The translations under genes and the position numbers were made by a program. A stretch of 64,000 bases of DNA from Ophelia neglecta (lineage: Eukaryota): contig OZ260665.1 of the NCBI GenBank assembly GCA_965285935.1, positions 10,292,001 through 10,356,000 of the forward strand. Reading direction: 5' to 3'. Under the pieces are notes generated by a model. That model did no database searches and was not told where the DNA came from. It saw only the letters and a program-made list of their open reading frames with translations. Positions 41,500 through 55,214 of the stretch are shown one piece after another (the stretch's first letter is position 1; each line of letters starts with the position of its first letter).

Positions 41500-41885
41500 A
41501 ATTCCTAATTACCTACTTCCTATCATAGTATATAAATTTCCTTCTACCTGATTCCTATCATAGCTAGTCGCTTCCTATCTGCTTACTTCCTATCATAGAA
41601 AATCAATTCTTGTCTTTCTCCTTTCTGTCTGAAACAATTCCTTACTACCTAATTTCTATCATATTACATCAGTCCCAATATCCTGCTACCTTTCATAGTA
41701 AATCTTATCAAAGTAGATCAACGCCCAGCTACCTACTTCCTATCATAGTAAATCGATTCCTGACTACCTAATTTCTATCATATTAAATCATTTCCCATCA
41801 TCCTACTACCTTTCATAGTATATACTTCTTATCAAAGTAAATCAACTCCTTACTACCTACTTCCTATAAAGTAAATCAACGCCTG
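41500..41885. repeat. Degenerate tandem repeat (ctacctacttcctatcatagtaaatcaa-like) upstream of A/C-type genes
   Basis: Related arrays at ~15770-15900, ~16430-16580, ~28610-28740, ~29270-29420. Confidence 0.6.
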
Positions 41886-42066
41886 TTTAATTAATTCCTA
41901 ACAGGTCGTGATTGCAATCTGGAAACCAAGTCTACAAACTTTTCCTGCATGTACATGCAACATTTCATGCTTTACATTATAAAATCTAGTTAGCAACTTA
42001 GTTTACACAGAGCAGACACGTTCACTTCATTTGACTTGCGACCAGTGAACCTATACACAACCCAAA

Positions 42067-45000
42067 ATGTTTCGCTTAGGCTGCTGTCTAATTGTCTCTT
42101 TCCATTGCATTATACTTAATGTCCACTGCGAATTAGACTCAACCATCAAAAGAAATATATTGCATGCAGGACTCCGGGAAGTCAGTGACAGAGTGCAGAC
42201 CGTCGAAGCAAACAATGAAGATCTGAGGGACGAAGTCACAGAAATCCGTACCAGAATGAGAAAGTTAGAGGATGCTCTACTGAGTGAGTTCATGTCCCTT
42301 ACAAGATCTAAGTTAGAATCCTATAATGTGCTCCTTATTCTAATATTCCAGCTATTATATTACCGTTGGAATTAACGTTTATTTTCCTTAAAACATGTTG
42401 GTAGCATTTCATTCTATTTGATGTTATAGAACAATTGCCTAATCGACCAAAAGTTCTGCAAGAAGTGGATTTTGGTAAGAAATTGCAATTTTTAAAATAT
42501 AGACATAAATAATATGTATTTATATATAGGCGAGTAATGCTATCTGTAGATTTGCGTACCCATGGTAAACATTGATTATAATGGTTTATATTCTGTGAAA
42601 AATAGGAAATCTGCTCAGAGATTCCAGAGAAAAGACAAAAAGAAGCTACGGTAAAAACCTTCAAGTATTCAGCAAACTTTAATGCACGATTGTAAGCAAA
42701 CATTTGTCTTTCTCAAATGTAAATACCCTTCATCGTACTTCTTTAGATATATACTCTCGGATAGGAATGGATTCTTTCGGTAGAAGTCAACAAGCAAATT
42801 GTAATGTAACTTGATACCAACAAGCATATATGCCAATATCACTGCATTTAACCAATGTATATGAGATTAGAGTAGGTTGACAAACATTCAAACGACTTAG
42901 GTGGCGGGTTCATTGCCATGCGAAATTTATCTAGTTCTTTTCAAACAAATAAAACATTGCGATGATATTATTTACTTTCCCACAAATCCTCTTAATGCTA
43001 CCTATTCAGGAGAAATTCGACTTAAAAGCCAATGTCCCAGCTTTACATACAAACCATTGGAACCTAGCCAATTACGCCCGGGTGCACACATTGTACTTAA
43101 GTAAAGGCTATCGTTTCGCAATTGCTGTAACTGAGTCGAAGTCATAAATCTTGTAAAATGGCCATAAAACTATGTTACTGTAACTTAACCAAGATAATCG
43201 GTTACAAATGTTACAACCTAGTGAAAGTGGTGTAACAACAATCCTTATGACATTGCCGATAACATTGCGATGACATTGCCGATGACATTGCCGATGCCAT
43301 TGCGCCACAAGCTTTGTTCATCGGATCCCAATGACTGTAACCTAGTTGGAAATATCCTGTTCCAATCCTTTGAACCAAACTTAGTTCATGGTGTCACAAG
43401 CTAACTTTAATCTAGCCAGATTATAGGCTGCTACAATGACGGCCTTATTAACTTCGCCTCTGTCTGTTATATAACAACCAGTACCCTTCATTGAAATTGC
43501 AGTTTTATGCTATCCGTATGTAGGTATGAACTAGGCAGTACTAACCTTAGTTATAAAACGGAGTTGTGCTGTACGTAGTTGTGTGGATATGAACTGAGTA
43601 GTACTACACGTAGTTGTTTGGATATGAACTGAGTAGTACTACACATAGTTGTGTGGATATGAACTGATTAGTACTACACGTATTTATTTAGATATGAACG
43701 GAGTAGTTCTATACGTAGTTGTGTTGGTATGTACTGTTCAATAGTATTACAAACTTTTACATAGTAAGTCTTCAACTCCTAATTCTAATTGGAGCAGTGG
43801 ACACATATATGGGTTTAAATTGGTTTAGAGTTTAAATCATGTAATCAGATCTCGGCCACAGCATTGGCTGATTGCTAAAGTAAGAGTTTGAAACAGAAGC
43901 GTTGTAGAATTGAATTAGTATGTCTGCATGTTCCAAAGCCGCCGAATGATAAAACCGTTCAAAACACAAACTTGTGTTTAGCATTATACGATTTTGCTCC
44001 CCAAATACCACTAAATACCACTGTTCTGATGACGTAAAACTGTACATCATATATTTTCTCTTTTGGTAAAAATTGAGGGAAGAGGGTACATTCAACATAA
44101 CTTTTCCCAATTATCAGTATCATGCACACTGTTGTAATCGATGTACATAAAATGGAGAAACCTATTTATTTCTTCTATGACAGCCTTGATTTCTGGTACT
44201 GACCACTATGTGGCTGATTCGGCTTTAACTGCGTCCAATGTGTATGCAAACAGAGCCGATTGTGGCCCACGGTGCTCGAGGTTGGGTGTACCAAAACCCA
44301 AGGGATGTGGGAGCTACTCGTGGATAGGACAGGTACCTGCAGGGGAATGGTGGATACAGGTAAAACAAATAAAAGGAAGAATCATATGTTCACAAAAGAA
44401 ATTTGAATTTTTAAGAGACATATAAAACGATTTTGTGAAACTTTATTAAAAATAAGGGATTAAAACAAGAGTCATGGGTGCATTTGTCCCTACTTATTTC
44501 GTTTTTAGACCACGATTTAAGCCCCCAGCACCCACCACCCCAAACCATCCCCTTAACCCCAACCCTTCCCCAAACACTCTCATCGTACCTATATAATTCA
44601 AATATGCTTCTTTTTCATGGTATTTTGTGTTGATACTTTTATTTGTTTTAGGCTGATCTCGGGAAATTCATGACAATTGACAGCGTAGCCACCCAAGGGA
44701 GAGGAGATCTTCCGTACTCCCAATATGTGACTTCATATAAACTGGCTTCCTACGACGGGAATGAGCTTCGCTACTATTTGGATCAAATATCTGAGCACCA
44801 TAAGGTTATATTGAATCATTTATTTAACGACCATTCTGTGTTGGCCTGCGGTTGGGATGTTTAGACTGGTCTTATTTCTGCAGCAATTTGCATCTTTTCT
44901 GCTGAAATTAGCCGGTCCAGTTTCCTATATCGCCGATTGTGCGGGCAAATCCAAAAACCTGGTGACAAAACTGTCGGCTTATGCTCTGCGAGCTGTCAGT

Positions 45001-45897
45001 ATGGAGCCTACCAATACACCCCGCTGATGTAGCCGATGATTTCTGGTTTTTTTTTTTTGTATTATCAATACTGATGACACGTGTGAGCGCACGTGGGGGC
45101 GGCAAGGTTTACTGGCCTCGGTTAGGTGTTCCGAACTTATTGCCAATTCGTGGGATTATTTAGTTCGGCGTGATAAATTACTTTCGGCAGATCACAGCAT
45201 GTTGAAAAAATCCAGAAAAAAAAACCTCAATCGCTATCTTGCCCTGAACAATGAACTGTGGCCGTATTGAAGTACAAATTGTTGTTCAGCAGAATGCACT
45301 GGGCGTTTTATTATGATGTATTAACGGCCTACCGCTGCAGCACCTTCGAGCGCTTTAAAATGTGGATTGAGGTGCCTTCACTAGGATTTAAATTTAGAAG
45401 ATTCAGGCGATAATCGGGCATTCCGGTATGTTTGCTCGGCCCATTCTTAACGGTATCTTAAATGCCAATCGTGAAATTGCGGCTTCTTTAACAGAGACTA
45501 CAAACTCGGGGCTGTGATAGGATCCGCTAAAATAGGAAAGGAAATACCACAATTTAAAAATAATAGTTCTAGCAAAGGCACCCTTAGGTAAAAAAAATAC
45601 TTGTCCCAACGGCTATTGCAGGGGAACTCGCTAATAATTATTTTCTAGATGTTTATTTTAATAAATACATAGTTTGATGAGCAAATATCTCAATTGTTTT
45701 GCAAAATGCACATGAAGATTAATAAGGCTTTCCTATGATTATTTCAGGTATTTGGTGGTAATTCGGACATGAACACTGTGGTCAAACACACCCTTCGTCC
45801 CACAATGAAAGCTCGTAGGGTTCGACTGTATGTGGTATACTACCACTGGTATCCATCCTTGAGATGGGAGCTGTATGGTCATCAAGGCGACTGTTAA
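42067..45897 (+). CDS. Gene C1: secreted coiled-coil + discoidin protein, 246 aa, intact
   Basis: Exons 42067-42283, 42606-42650, 44184-44359, 44652-44804, 45748-45897 (741 nt); WWIQADLG, VATQGR, FGGNSD, LRWELYGHQGDC*. Confidence 0.9.
43555..43735. repeat. 35-bp intronic minisatellite
   Basis: gtagttgtgtggatatgaactgagtagtactacac repeated about five times. Confidence 0.8.
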
Positions 45898-48559
45898 ACA
45901 TATAAAATAGCTGAATTACAATGCAATTCTATTTTAATGTTAATTTGACCATTGTGTCACTTTGAATCAAATTCGAACTTTTACTTTCGAGATGTCGATT
46001 TACTGAACTTAAAAGAAAGTATATATTGATGTTTTGGATTATTGGTACATAATTCTTTTGCAAAATCGCATTATTAAATGAAGAAAGTTGGCCACATCTA
46101 GTATCTGTTGGTCATATGTGCATTGGACTTTCCAATACATACGGTTACTAAGTGGTATGGACATATATATTTAGACCTACGCCTGTTATTAATGTATTGA
46201 ATTCTTCCAAATTTTAACACATTATAACATATTAATACAGTTATATTATTTTACAGATTGAATACATCTTATGTCAATTTTTGTTTTAAAAACCAGAAAA
46301 TCTACAAAAAAATGCAAAATTTAATTGAAAATATTCTATTTACGGATGTTTGCTTGTGACTCCTCCGGCGTCTTATCATGGTGATACCTACATCTCTTGA
46401 TGAAGGGGGATTTGGCACTTGGCCTAGCAGCAGCCTTGCATCGCTCGCACAATTTGGCTCGGAGTTGATTTGCGAGAATCATCTCATTCAGTTTGGGTTA
46501 AGCAAGGGGCCCTTGTATCCTCAATAGACTTCACCTCCACCAAAAGAGAGAACAGTGATTGGGATATTTCTGTTTTGAACAAGGAAAAAAGTTTATTGTG
46601 CAACTCAGCTCCGTAACGTTGCTGGGGCAGGGCCAACGCATGTAATCACATGAAAACTATTGTATTTTCCATCGTTTGGCTTTCCTTTTTATCTACTTAT
46701 GGGGCAGGGCCCAGATGCTTTATATTGTCTTTGACTGATAAAAGATTATCCCCTAAGAAAGCAGTTAGCATTTGAAAGAGATCTCAAAAACTCCTTAAAT
46801 AACCTAGTAATTACTGTTCGAAATATGGTCGAGAGGCCATGTAGCAGTGGCGGATCCAGGATTTCAGAAAGGGAGTGGGGGGGGGGGGCAAATTTTCCAA
46901 GGCTGACAAAGGCAAATCTCTAGATTGTCCCCGTTACCAACCCACTGAAACCACTTTGCGTGGGTCAAGGGGGGCGAGGCCACTGATGCAGCCTAATTTT
47001 CAAATTTTAAAGTTTATAATTAGCATGAGGCAATGAGATAAGGCGATAATTCAATAACTTGAAGCAAAACAATGAATCACAAAGGAGTTATTCTACAACC
47101 AGATTTATAATAATCAAGTAATACGTGTTAAAGTACCATGAGTTAGCTGATTTACAGCTCACTTATTCTATCTTCACAAAATTTGGTAATAGTTTTAAAC
47201 TAAAATAGCCTGGTGACGCATTGGTTTTCTTCAAGTTATTCAAGTGGGGGCATCATGTAAGTGCCTCACATCAATAATAAACAAAATTCGACAGTTGCAA
47301 ACTTGTTTAACTTATTTTTCCATCGGGACCTTAATACGCAGAAATAAGGAAGTCCAACCCGCGACTAAGTCGGTGCATTATCACTGATTTGTTTTTCTGT
47401 CTCTTATCCACTCAAGTTTTCTTTGGTAGTCAACACCATAAGTTTGGAACCTCGGTGCGTTATAGCACACGAGAGTTTCAAAACAAGTGCCTAGGCTGTG
47501 TCCACATACATCAAATGCGTTCTGGTAACAAAAGGGTCAATCAGTTGACCTTGAAACACACTATCTGAAGGTTAAAGTACATATCTCAGATGGTTTGTTT
47601 ACAAGCGTATTTACAGCACAGCTAGTACGTTTGTATTCTGTCAGCCTGAATATCAGGTCAAAAATGAAAATATACTTTACTTACGTTATATAACAATTTT
47701 GTCATATTTTAACTATTGTGTTGAGGTCTGGAGTTCTGCTGCTAGATATTTACTCGATTTCCTGTTTAAACTACAGAAAAAGGTTGTACGTTTTTTAACC
47801 TTTTTTTTTCAAATTTACGGATCATACCGGGCCGATTTTTAAGCAATGTCGCCTTTTAGAACTAGACAATATTTAACAATTTAGAATCTCATTATTCATG
47901 TTTAAATTATCTAAAAATATGTTACCTCCTGTTGTTTGGTAGGAAATGTTTAAATTAAATAGTGACATAAATTGCTACTGTACTAGACGTAGTTTACCCG
48001 ATGTTTATATTTCATGCAGTGCGAAATTATGCTTGATACCAGCATACATTGCAGTTATAGTAGTTACCATGTTTTTAAGCTGCTGGCCTCGCCATGTGGT
48101 CATGCTGGCCTTGCCATGTGGTCATGCTTGGCTAGCCATGTGAACATGCTCTGTTGTTGTTTTGGTCTTTATCTACATAGACACCCAGCATGCATTATAT
48201 CCAATGATGTTAATTTGTATACTAGTGCTGACCAATAGGGTGTCAATGCTTTACTTGTTTTTTTAAGTGTTGCCGTATGGGAATTTGCACTGTTTAAAAT
48301 CAAAAGCTCACAAGATTCTGATCAGGAAGGATGTGTTATAGGACATTCTAGCTAAGGTTTGTCAAGCCAATTTGTATTTGCAGTGTTGAGAAGGTCCAAT
48401 TGTTTAACACTGTACTGTGACAGTCGTGCATGTTATTTTGGCTGTATTTAAATCAAATGGTTGGTCTTGCTTATAGATCAGTATTGAATAGCCACATCCC
48501 CGAGGCTCTCGTCCGGCCTAAGACATTCTAATTCTAGCTATGATGTTTTTGTAATGTTA

Positions 48560-49030
48560 GTTGAGGGTTAGCTTATAATGTGTGTCCTGGAAATGTTAAA
48601 TCGTATTGAAATATATGTTGGAACAGAATGATAGATTTGTACAATTAAGACTTTAAGTCAGCATGAACTTCAGCTGGCCAAATGGATTTATATGACGGTG
48701 ATAAAATGAGGAGGATTATAAATAGTGTTTTAATGAGAATTATGGTAGATAGTGTATAAATGAGTGTGACTATAAATAGAATATGCTTGCAGTGATTATT
48801 GTGTGAAAGTTATGGTTTGTTTGTTTACAGGTGTCCGAGCAAATATAATATACGGTTACAGTAGTACAAAACTACATGTGCCAAGTTGTATACTTTCTCT
48901 TACCCAGAGAACAATGAGATTTCAAGTTGTGAATACATGGAACAGTATTTCTGATAAGGTGGCTTCAAACATTAGCGTGTCAATTTTAAATCTAACAGTA
49001 ACAGATAGTTGTTGTCTTTATAATATGGTG
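48560..49030 (+). mobile_element. Degenerate 3' remnant of a CR1/L2-type LINE
   Basis: LHVPSC..LTQRTMRFQVVNTWNSISDKV resembles the C-terminus of LINE ORF2; limits approximate. Confidence 0.45.
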
Positions 49031-49709
49031 TAGAATACTTCTTTCGTGAAGTATATTGAATCTGTTTGGCATTGTAATTCTTGAGGGCTGCAATAATGGA
49101 CTTATTATAACAATTTTTGTTTTCTTTTTTATTCATAAGCCCATGCCATACACTAGTTGAAATGAATCTAATATGAGTCTGATGATGGAACACATGCACA
49201 TTTGATGCTCAGTTCCCTTTGGCATTGTTAATTTATATATTTCATAGTTTCAAAATGTATAAATGTACATGTACTTACATGCATGTTGTATTTAATAATC
49301 AATGCCAATAAATTAATTTTGAATTAAAATTGAATTGTAATTGAAAAATAATTGTTAGATATTTAACAATTAATTTTCATGGTTGTACGTTATTATATTA
49401 CTCGAAGAAATGCTTTTTGCATTGATTAGCATTACGGCATTAAAAGGCAGGAACGGATATACAGAGTAATCTACAGTCCAACAAGTGTCAGCACCTGATA
49501 ACTAACCACATCGACTTTTGGGTCAGAGAGGTCAAACTAGTATGTAATATCATCATTGGCCATATAATTCACACTCAAATTTATAGTTTCTGAACTGATA
49601 GGCAAGTCCAAAATCGTATATAAAATGTCTTGCAGAGTGGCTGCCAGGTTATTAAGAAAAGAGCAATTTTACATATTTTCCCACGTAATCAAATCAACCA
49701 GAGAAAAAT

Positions 49710-52700
49710 TCATCTCTGTTTGATGACAAGATGTATTCCGTCCTTGGCCTTCATAACTAGTTCTGGCAGTTGCTGGGGTTTTTTGTCTGGGTCTGCCTCA
49801 AGAATGAATCTATGAACATAAAGAAGGTTGTTACATTATTTTTTCTAAACGAAAATAAAACTTCGAATCATTAACAAGATAAGGTCATAAAAATAAGTAA
49901 ACCAAGTATGATAGCACAGCCTACTAAGCTTCCCAGCCAGGGCCCGGTGTTTGAAAGCGGTTTAATGTTTAACTCGGATTGAAATTGGGATAAAAGTATC
50001 GAATTCGTCTTAACTTCTAAAAAGTCGGATTTGTTTTTTAAAACCAGCCATTTTGGCCTTCAAACTTTATTCTGGTCAATGGCTAGGTTCCTGAAACACT
50101 GATTAACGCGGGTCTCTGGTAATCGTAATAGGCCAATCTCAAAACTCGATACTGCTTCCAGAAACCGGGGCCAGATGATTTGAGCATAGGTAAAGAAACT
50201 TTGTTCTACTTATCGATATGCTTTATCAGGGTTCGCCTTTATGCCGTCCCAGTATCTTTTTTATGCATAAAAATTATTTGGACGCAACTTAAATTACAAC
50301 TTTATATGCTGGGACGCAACATTTTTACGAAATATACATTATCTAACCCATTTTAAAAATGCCAGCGCGAACTCTGCCTTATTCTATTATTATTTCATTT
50401 ACGAAGCTTCCTTCGTGTGTCTCACCTGTGAAGAATCCTCGCAATTACCGTCTTCAGTTCGTTCATTGCGAAGTTTTGTCCGATACAACTCCTTTAATTA
50501 AAAGAAAGGAAATAAATGTTTTTTATTCAATAATTTAATTCAGTTTATTGTTCACCTAATCTGTATATAGTAGTATAATAGGTAAGTATAAAATGGTGCT
50601 GAAGGGTAATAAATAAAACATCACAATAGGCTGTACAATACCTGGGCAGGCAGAATCCACCGGTTTGTACGTCCTTCAAATGTCAAAAGTGCAGGAGGTC
50701 AACGATTATTTAATATTTGAACCACTCACTTATTTCTAAATCAACCATGGTTCAAGTATAAAGTACAAGGTATTAAGTATTAAATAAAGTGTGTGTTTAC
50801 CTTGATCCCGCGGAGAAAGGGAGAAATGCATGGGAGTCCATTTTCTTAGTATTTTCAAATGAAAATCTCTCTGGTTTATACTCCTAAAATTATCATATGG
50901 TAATTAGACACATATTTGAAGACAGAATTTTGAATTTTACGCAGAAAGTGTCAGTTAAAAACTAGGGTCAGTGAACAGTAAGAACACGAGTCGACAGGTC
51001 CATGAAACCCTTTATTCATGTAAATGTGGTTTTCTTTATTATTGTGACAAATGAATTTATACCAAATGGTCATCGCCCCAGACAAGTGGATTATGATGGA
51101 GACTCCATATATGTATAGTGATAATGGTTCCTGGTTCCAGGGTGACTCCATCCATCTCCAGAGGGCTATTGAGCTCTCGACCTATGTACGGTACGGCGGG
51201 TGTGTGTCTAAGGGACTCCTTAATACACATAGTCAGGTACGGAAGTTGACTCAAGTCATTCCTGTTCAAAACATCATCACAACCATTATGATTTTCGTAA
51301 GGAAAGTGACACTGCGGAAAGGACTTTTTATAATGAAAACTAACAGTAAAGTCAATTTATATATAACACACATATTATTTTTTCTCACCAGATATAGAAC
51401 TCACCACTCAATATAGTCTAATTCCCTGTCCACCAATAAATTGTCGACCTCCTGTCTGGCCTTGAACTGAAAGTCCGGATGACATGCCAAGTGGTACAGA
51501 CACCAGCTTATAGCGCTGGCCGTCGTGTCATGTCCTGTGTGGATGGAAATTATCATACAATTAACTTCCCAACGTGCATCTTGAAATCCTAAATTTCGAT
51601 AGCCTTCACTTTTTGTTTCCAGATGCGATGTGATTCAAAATTCAGACAATTTATAAACAAATGCATTAACCTACACAACTGAACTGAACTGAACTGAACT
51701 TTTATTCCACCAAATTAATAATAACATGCACAAAATATATATATATTCCAACCATTATGCTACACAAAGACAATTATTAACAAAATAAGTATTTACATTC
51801 GAGAGATTAGTTTGGTTGGGAGACCCCCACTAAGTCCCAATGGACGCTACCATGAGGGCCACCCAGAAAAAAAAACACATATATCTGCTCTGCTCTGTGA
51901 ATGCTACCTTGAGAGTGTTGCAAACAATAAGAATGACTGTTTAACGACTGATATATACGTGACTCCTTGGCCACCCTTCTCCTTATTCTAATGCAAACCT
52001 TCGAAAAGGAAAGTATCAATCTCCTGTCTGATCTCCACGTCTGCTAGTCCCTTGCCGTCCTCGTCTTGAGCAAGAAGCAGTATGTCCAGAAAGTCCATGG
52101 CTCGCTTGGGGCCGTTTTCTGATATTACCGTCTCTTTCTAATTATATAAAAGATATAATACAGTGAACCCATCATTATGTACCAATCATGAAAAGTAGTA
52201 CCTAGCCAAAGTAATGTACCAGTCATACGTCCATTCATCCCTTTAAGGTCAAATCAATTTATATTTTAACCCGGTATACAAGTAGTATACGGGCTTAGCA
52301 ACTTGTATGCCCTGAAGCTGAAGGCTGAAGAGCATGATGTTACAGTTTGAACATATATCTATACTACTAGCAGCCCATGAAAAAGCTCACCACTGTAACC
52401 ACGACAGATGGCTTTTATACGAGCTTGTACACCCAAGGTAGCCAGCTAATCAGATACAAGAATACCCTATAGGTATATTTTAAAATATGAAATATTGTTG
52501 TATTTTCAATAGGTCGACACTCACTAGTTCAGCTTTTCTCCGTTCCATAAGGCCCCAGGCCACCTGGTGAGCATATCTACATCCTTCAGTCCACTTTTTC
52601 CCATTTGCAGTCATTTGGTAAATAGTGTCAAAGTACAGCAAAGGATTGCTGTCGAAGATATGCGCGTTGGGATGCAATGAGCACAGAGTGTAAATGTCAC

Positions 52701-55073
52701 ATGGGACTGTAGTGTGCTGCTTTGGAATAGAGGCCATGATTCTGACTGCAACAATTTCACATCAATAAGCATAGAATAGTATGAATACTTACCATGCTCG
52801 TGCCATTGCAAGCTTCGATAGAAGTCCCACTGTCTGTGCATATTGGTGGCTCGACCTTTAAGTGTAAATACCCCGATTCATTTTTGTACTCAACAAATAG
52901 ATTAATCATATTGTCTGTAGGGCGCTTGGTGCAAAATCACATGTCACCTGTACAATCTTGTTCAGACGTGAATTAACTGGAAACGTTTCCCATTCAAAAA
53001 GTGTTATGAAACTGGTATAAACATTGGTTACCAAAGTGTTCAATAAAATAGCAGTGCAAAATATTAATTATTTTTCTTGAAGGCGCGTTTGGTATTCTTG
53101 TCGTTCAGGAGAGGTACAATACCCTTGATATCCTTGTCGTTGTACATCGTCCGGGAACGAAAAGGCACATCTAAGCATGACATTGAGTGTACACAGTCCG
53201 ACAGGAGCTGAGATCTCTACAGATCCTTTTGGATTAGTCTGCGGATCACTAGCAATGGAAAGCTTTTCCTGAAAATTTAATCACTTTATTTATTAAGTCA
53301 AGGGGCGTAGTCAGACCTAGTCAGGCCGTACGTTCTATAGGATTGGTCTCCATTGAAAATTTTATGGCGGACTTTGAAGATTGAGAATTAAAAAAATCCC
53401 GATCAAAGTGTGGTCTCGAGCGTTCGATTAGCTAAGCCATTGATTGTCTCACACTATTAACACAGATTTCATTACCTTGCTTATTGATACAAATTTCACT
53501 GAACCGACTGTCGACGGCATTTCTGTATATTACCAAAGGTCCTATATCCGACTTATAGAATACCATTTATTGGCAAGTTGTTTGATGATCTGTTTTAAAG
53601 AATTTCGGGTAAATTCGAAATATGTCTTACCATCAAGATATCAGTTGCCTCGGTATTTATTTTGATGTAGGGTTTGAGTACGTCAAAGTGGAAGGCCGGA
53701 GTGATCAGTCGTCGGTGAACCAGGTAGGCCCCGCACTGAGCAACAGACCATACCCTAGGTCAAATCATGTCTCACAGTTATACCATTAGGGTTAAAGTTC
53801 TATGATTATGCTATATGGCATTCAGGGCTGGCGCGTGGATCGCGTATTTGGTTGTAGACAACTGTTGGCGCTTGTAATTAATTCGTACTCCACAAATAAC
53901 CACACATATAAAACGCCTTTGAATACATGTTGCCCTTGTTATCCTATATCCTAGTCTTAGTGTTCCGGGAGTATCTTTGCCCATTAGTTCCATTCCTGAC
54001 TGTCTAACATACTTTACGAGTATACAAAGCAGGCCATACAAACTTTAGTATTGTCTTCTAGGTTTTTTAATGGGTCAACACTAGCTCCAATATATATGTA
54101 CGTTATGTACTGGTCAAATCTCATACGATGTACTGTGTGGTGTTTGAGGAATTTATCGCTCACAACCTAAATCCGTTGTAATGCAACTTAAGCATACCGG
54201 TTGCTAAGTTATGTTAACCGTAAAATATGCCTTGGTGACTGATAAGCAAAAGTTGCATAAAACCCGATTCGATGTGTTAGCATTAAAATACCCATTACTC
54301 CAACTTCGCTTAACATATCCTACGATTCACAACTAAAGAAGATACATGTGTTGCTCATTATATAAAGAATGTGGCAACTTTAAAAAAATGTAAAGACTTT
54401 CTGAATCAAGAAAATATCTATTATATTGCCTACAATACATATGATGTAAATATAAATCAAACCTAGCCAATCCAACAACAAAGAGTATCCTCCCTTCCCT
54501 GAGAAGGGTTTTGGTGCTGAAGAAGTCATAACCCGTTTGATGGTAGAGGGGTGACACATCGTCACGGTCGGTCTGAATGGTCCAATCCAGGTGCTGTACG
54601 CCTTTTTGAACTGGATGCAGTTTGATAAGTTCCATACCAGGCTCTGTTCCCCGTCAAGTGGTACCTATTTTTAATTCAGAATAAGGGACACGGAAATGTG
54701 AAACAATTTGAACTGAATTATTGCCTCAGAAATATCAGTGAAATATATCATTACTGCAAATTTTTTTAAGAGTCGAAACTTGATAACATATATTTCAAAG
54801 TGTTCTTAGTATATTGTTTTTAAAGATTAAAACCTACGAACTCCAAATCATTCGCAACTGAAGATAAATATAATACTGATTAATATATATGTGAGCCAGT
54901 ACCTGTAGCATATTTCCTACTATTCGCATTCTTTTAGGACCAGGTATCAGGTCAACCTGTCTGCCAATTCTTCGGATATTCCACAACCATCTCACCCAGC
55001 CAGAGAGTATGATACAGGAGGGTATCAAGAAAGCCACAGCGACAGCGTATACCACTGTGTTCGTGATCATCAT
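49710..55073 (-). pseudogene. CYP4: Cytochrome P450, CYP4 clan; 12 coding exons with one frameshift in exon 3 (recent pseudogene, null allele or assembly error)
   Basis: Exons 55073-54903, 54664-54463, 53754-53631, 53268-53123, 52855-52793, 52648-52525, 52137-51999, 51534-51405, 51261-51063, 50883-50801, 50491-50426, 49809-49710. N-terminal anchor + PGP; [16 protein letters not shown]; DFLDILL; [13 protein letters not shown]; KESLR; PERF; FSAGSRSCIG heme motif. Confidence 0.9.
49941..50171. mobile_element. PIF/Harbinger-type MITE in the last CYP4 intron
   Basis: CAG|GGCCCGGT...ACCGGGGC|CAG: short TIR and 3-bp CWG duplication. Confidence 0.5.
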
Positions 55074-55214
55074 TAGCTATGAATTGCAATAAATAATGAT
55101 GATCAAAAATGTTAATCAGGTTAATATCAGTATACACACAAATCAGCTAAACATTATCAAAACACAGAAGATAGAACTTATATGTATTATTTTTGGTAGC
55201 CTTCTCTTGGACGT

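Larger units (their letters stand above)
14685..41600 (+). repeat. Tandem segmental duplication, ~12.86-kb unit (two full copies plus start of a third)
   Basis: Unit starts ~14685, ~27539, ~40415; the same MITE recurs at 14868, 27723, 40598 (spacing 12855 and 12875); introns and intergenic DNA align throughout. Confidence 0.95.

Noticed and set aside
42335-43147. ORFs of 122 aa and 67 aa conserved with 63201-63999
   Set aside because: Conservation reflects the recent inverted duplication of intronic DNA; no domain features.
16798-45897. One long multi-discoidin gene, or a Dscam-like alternative-exon array
   Set aside because: Each unit has its own ATG/signal peptide and stop codon. Compatible intron phases would allow chimeric splicing, but the sequence offers no evidence for it.
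46843-46890. MITE-like end CAGTGGCGGATCCAGG followed by poly-G
   Set aside because: No matching opposite terminus found, so limits cannot be defined.
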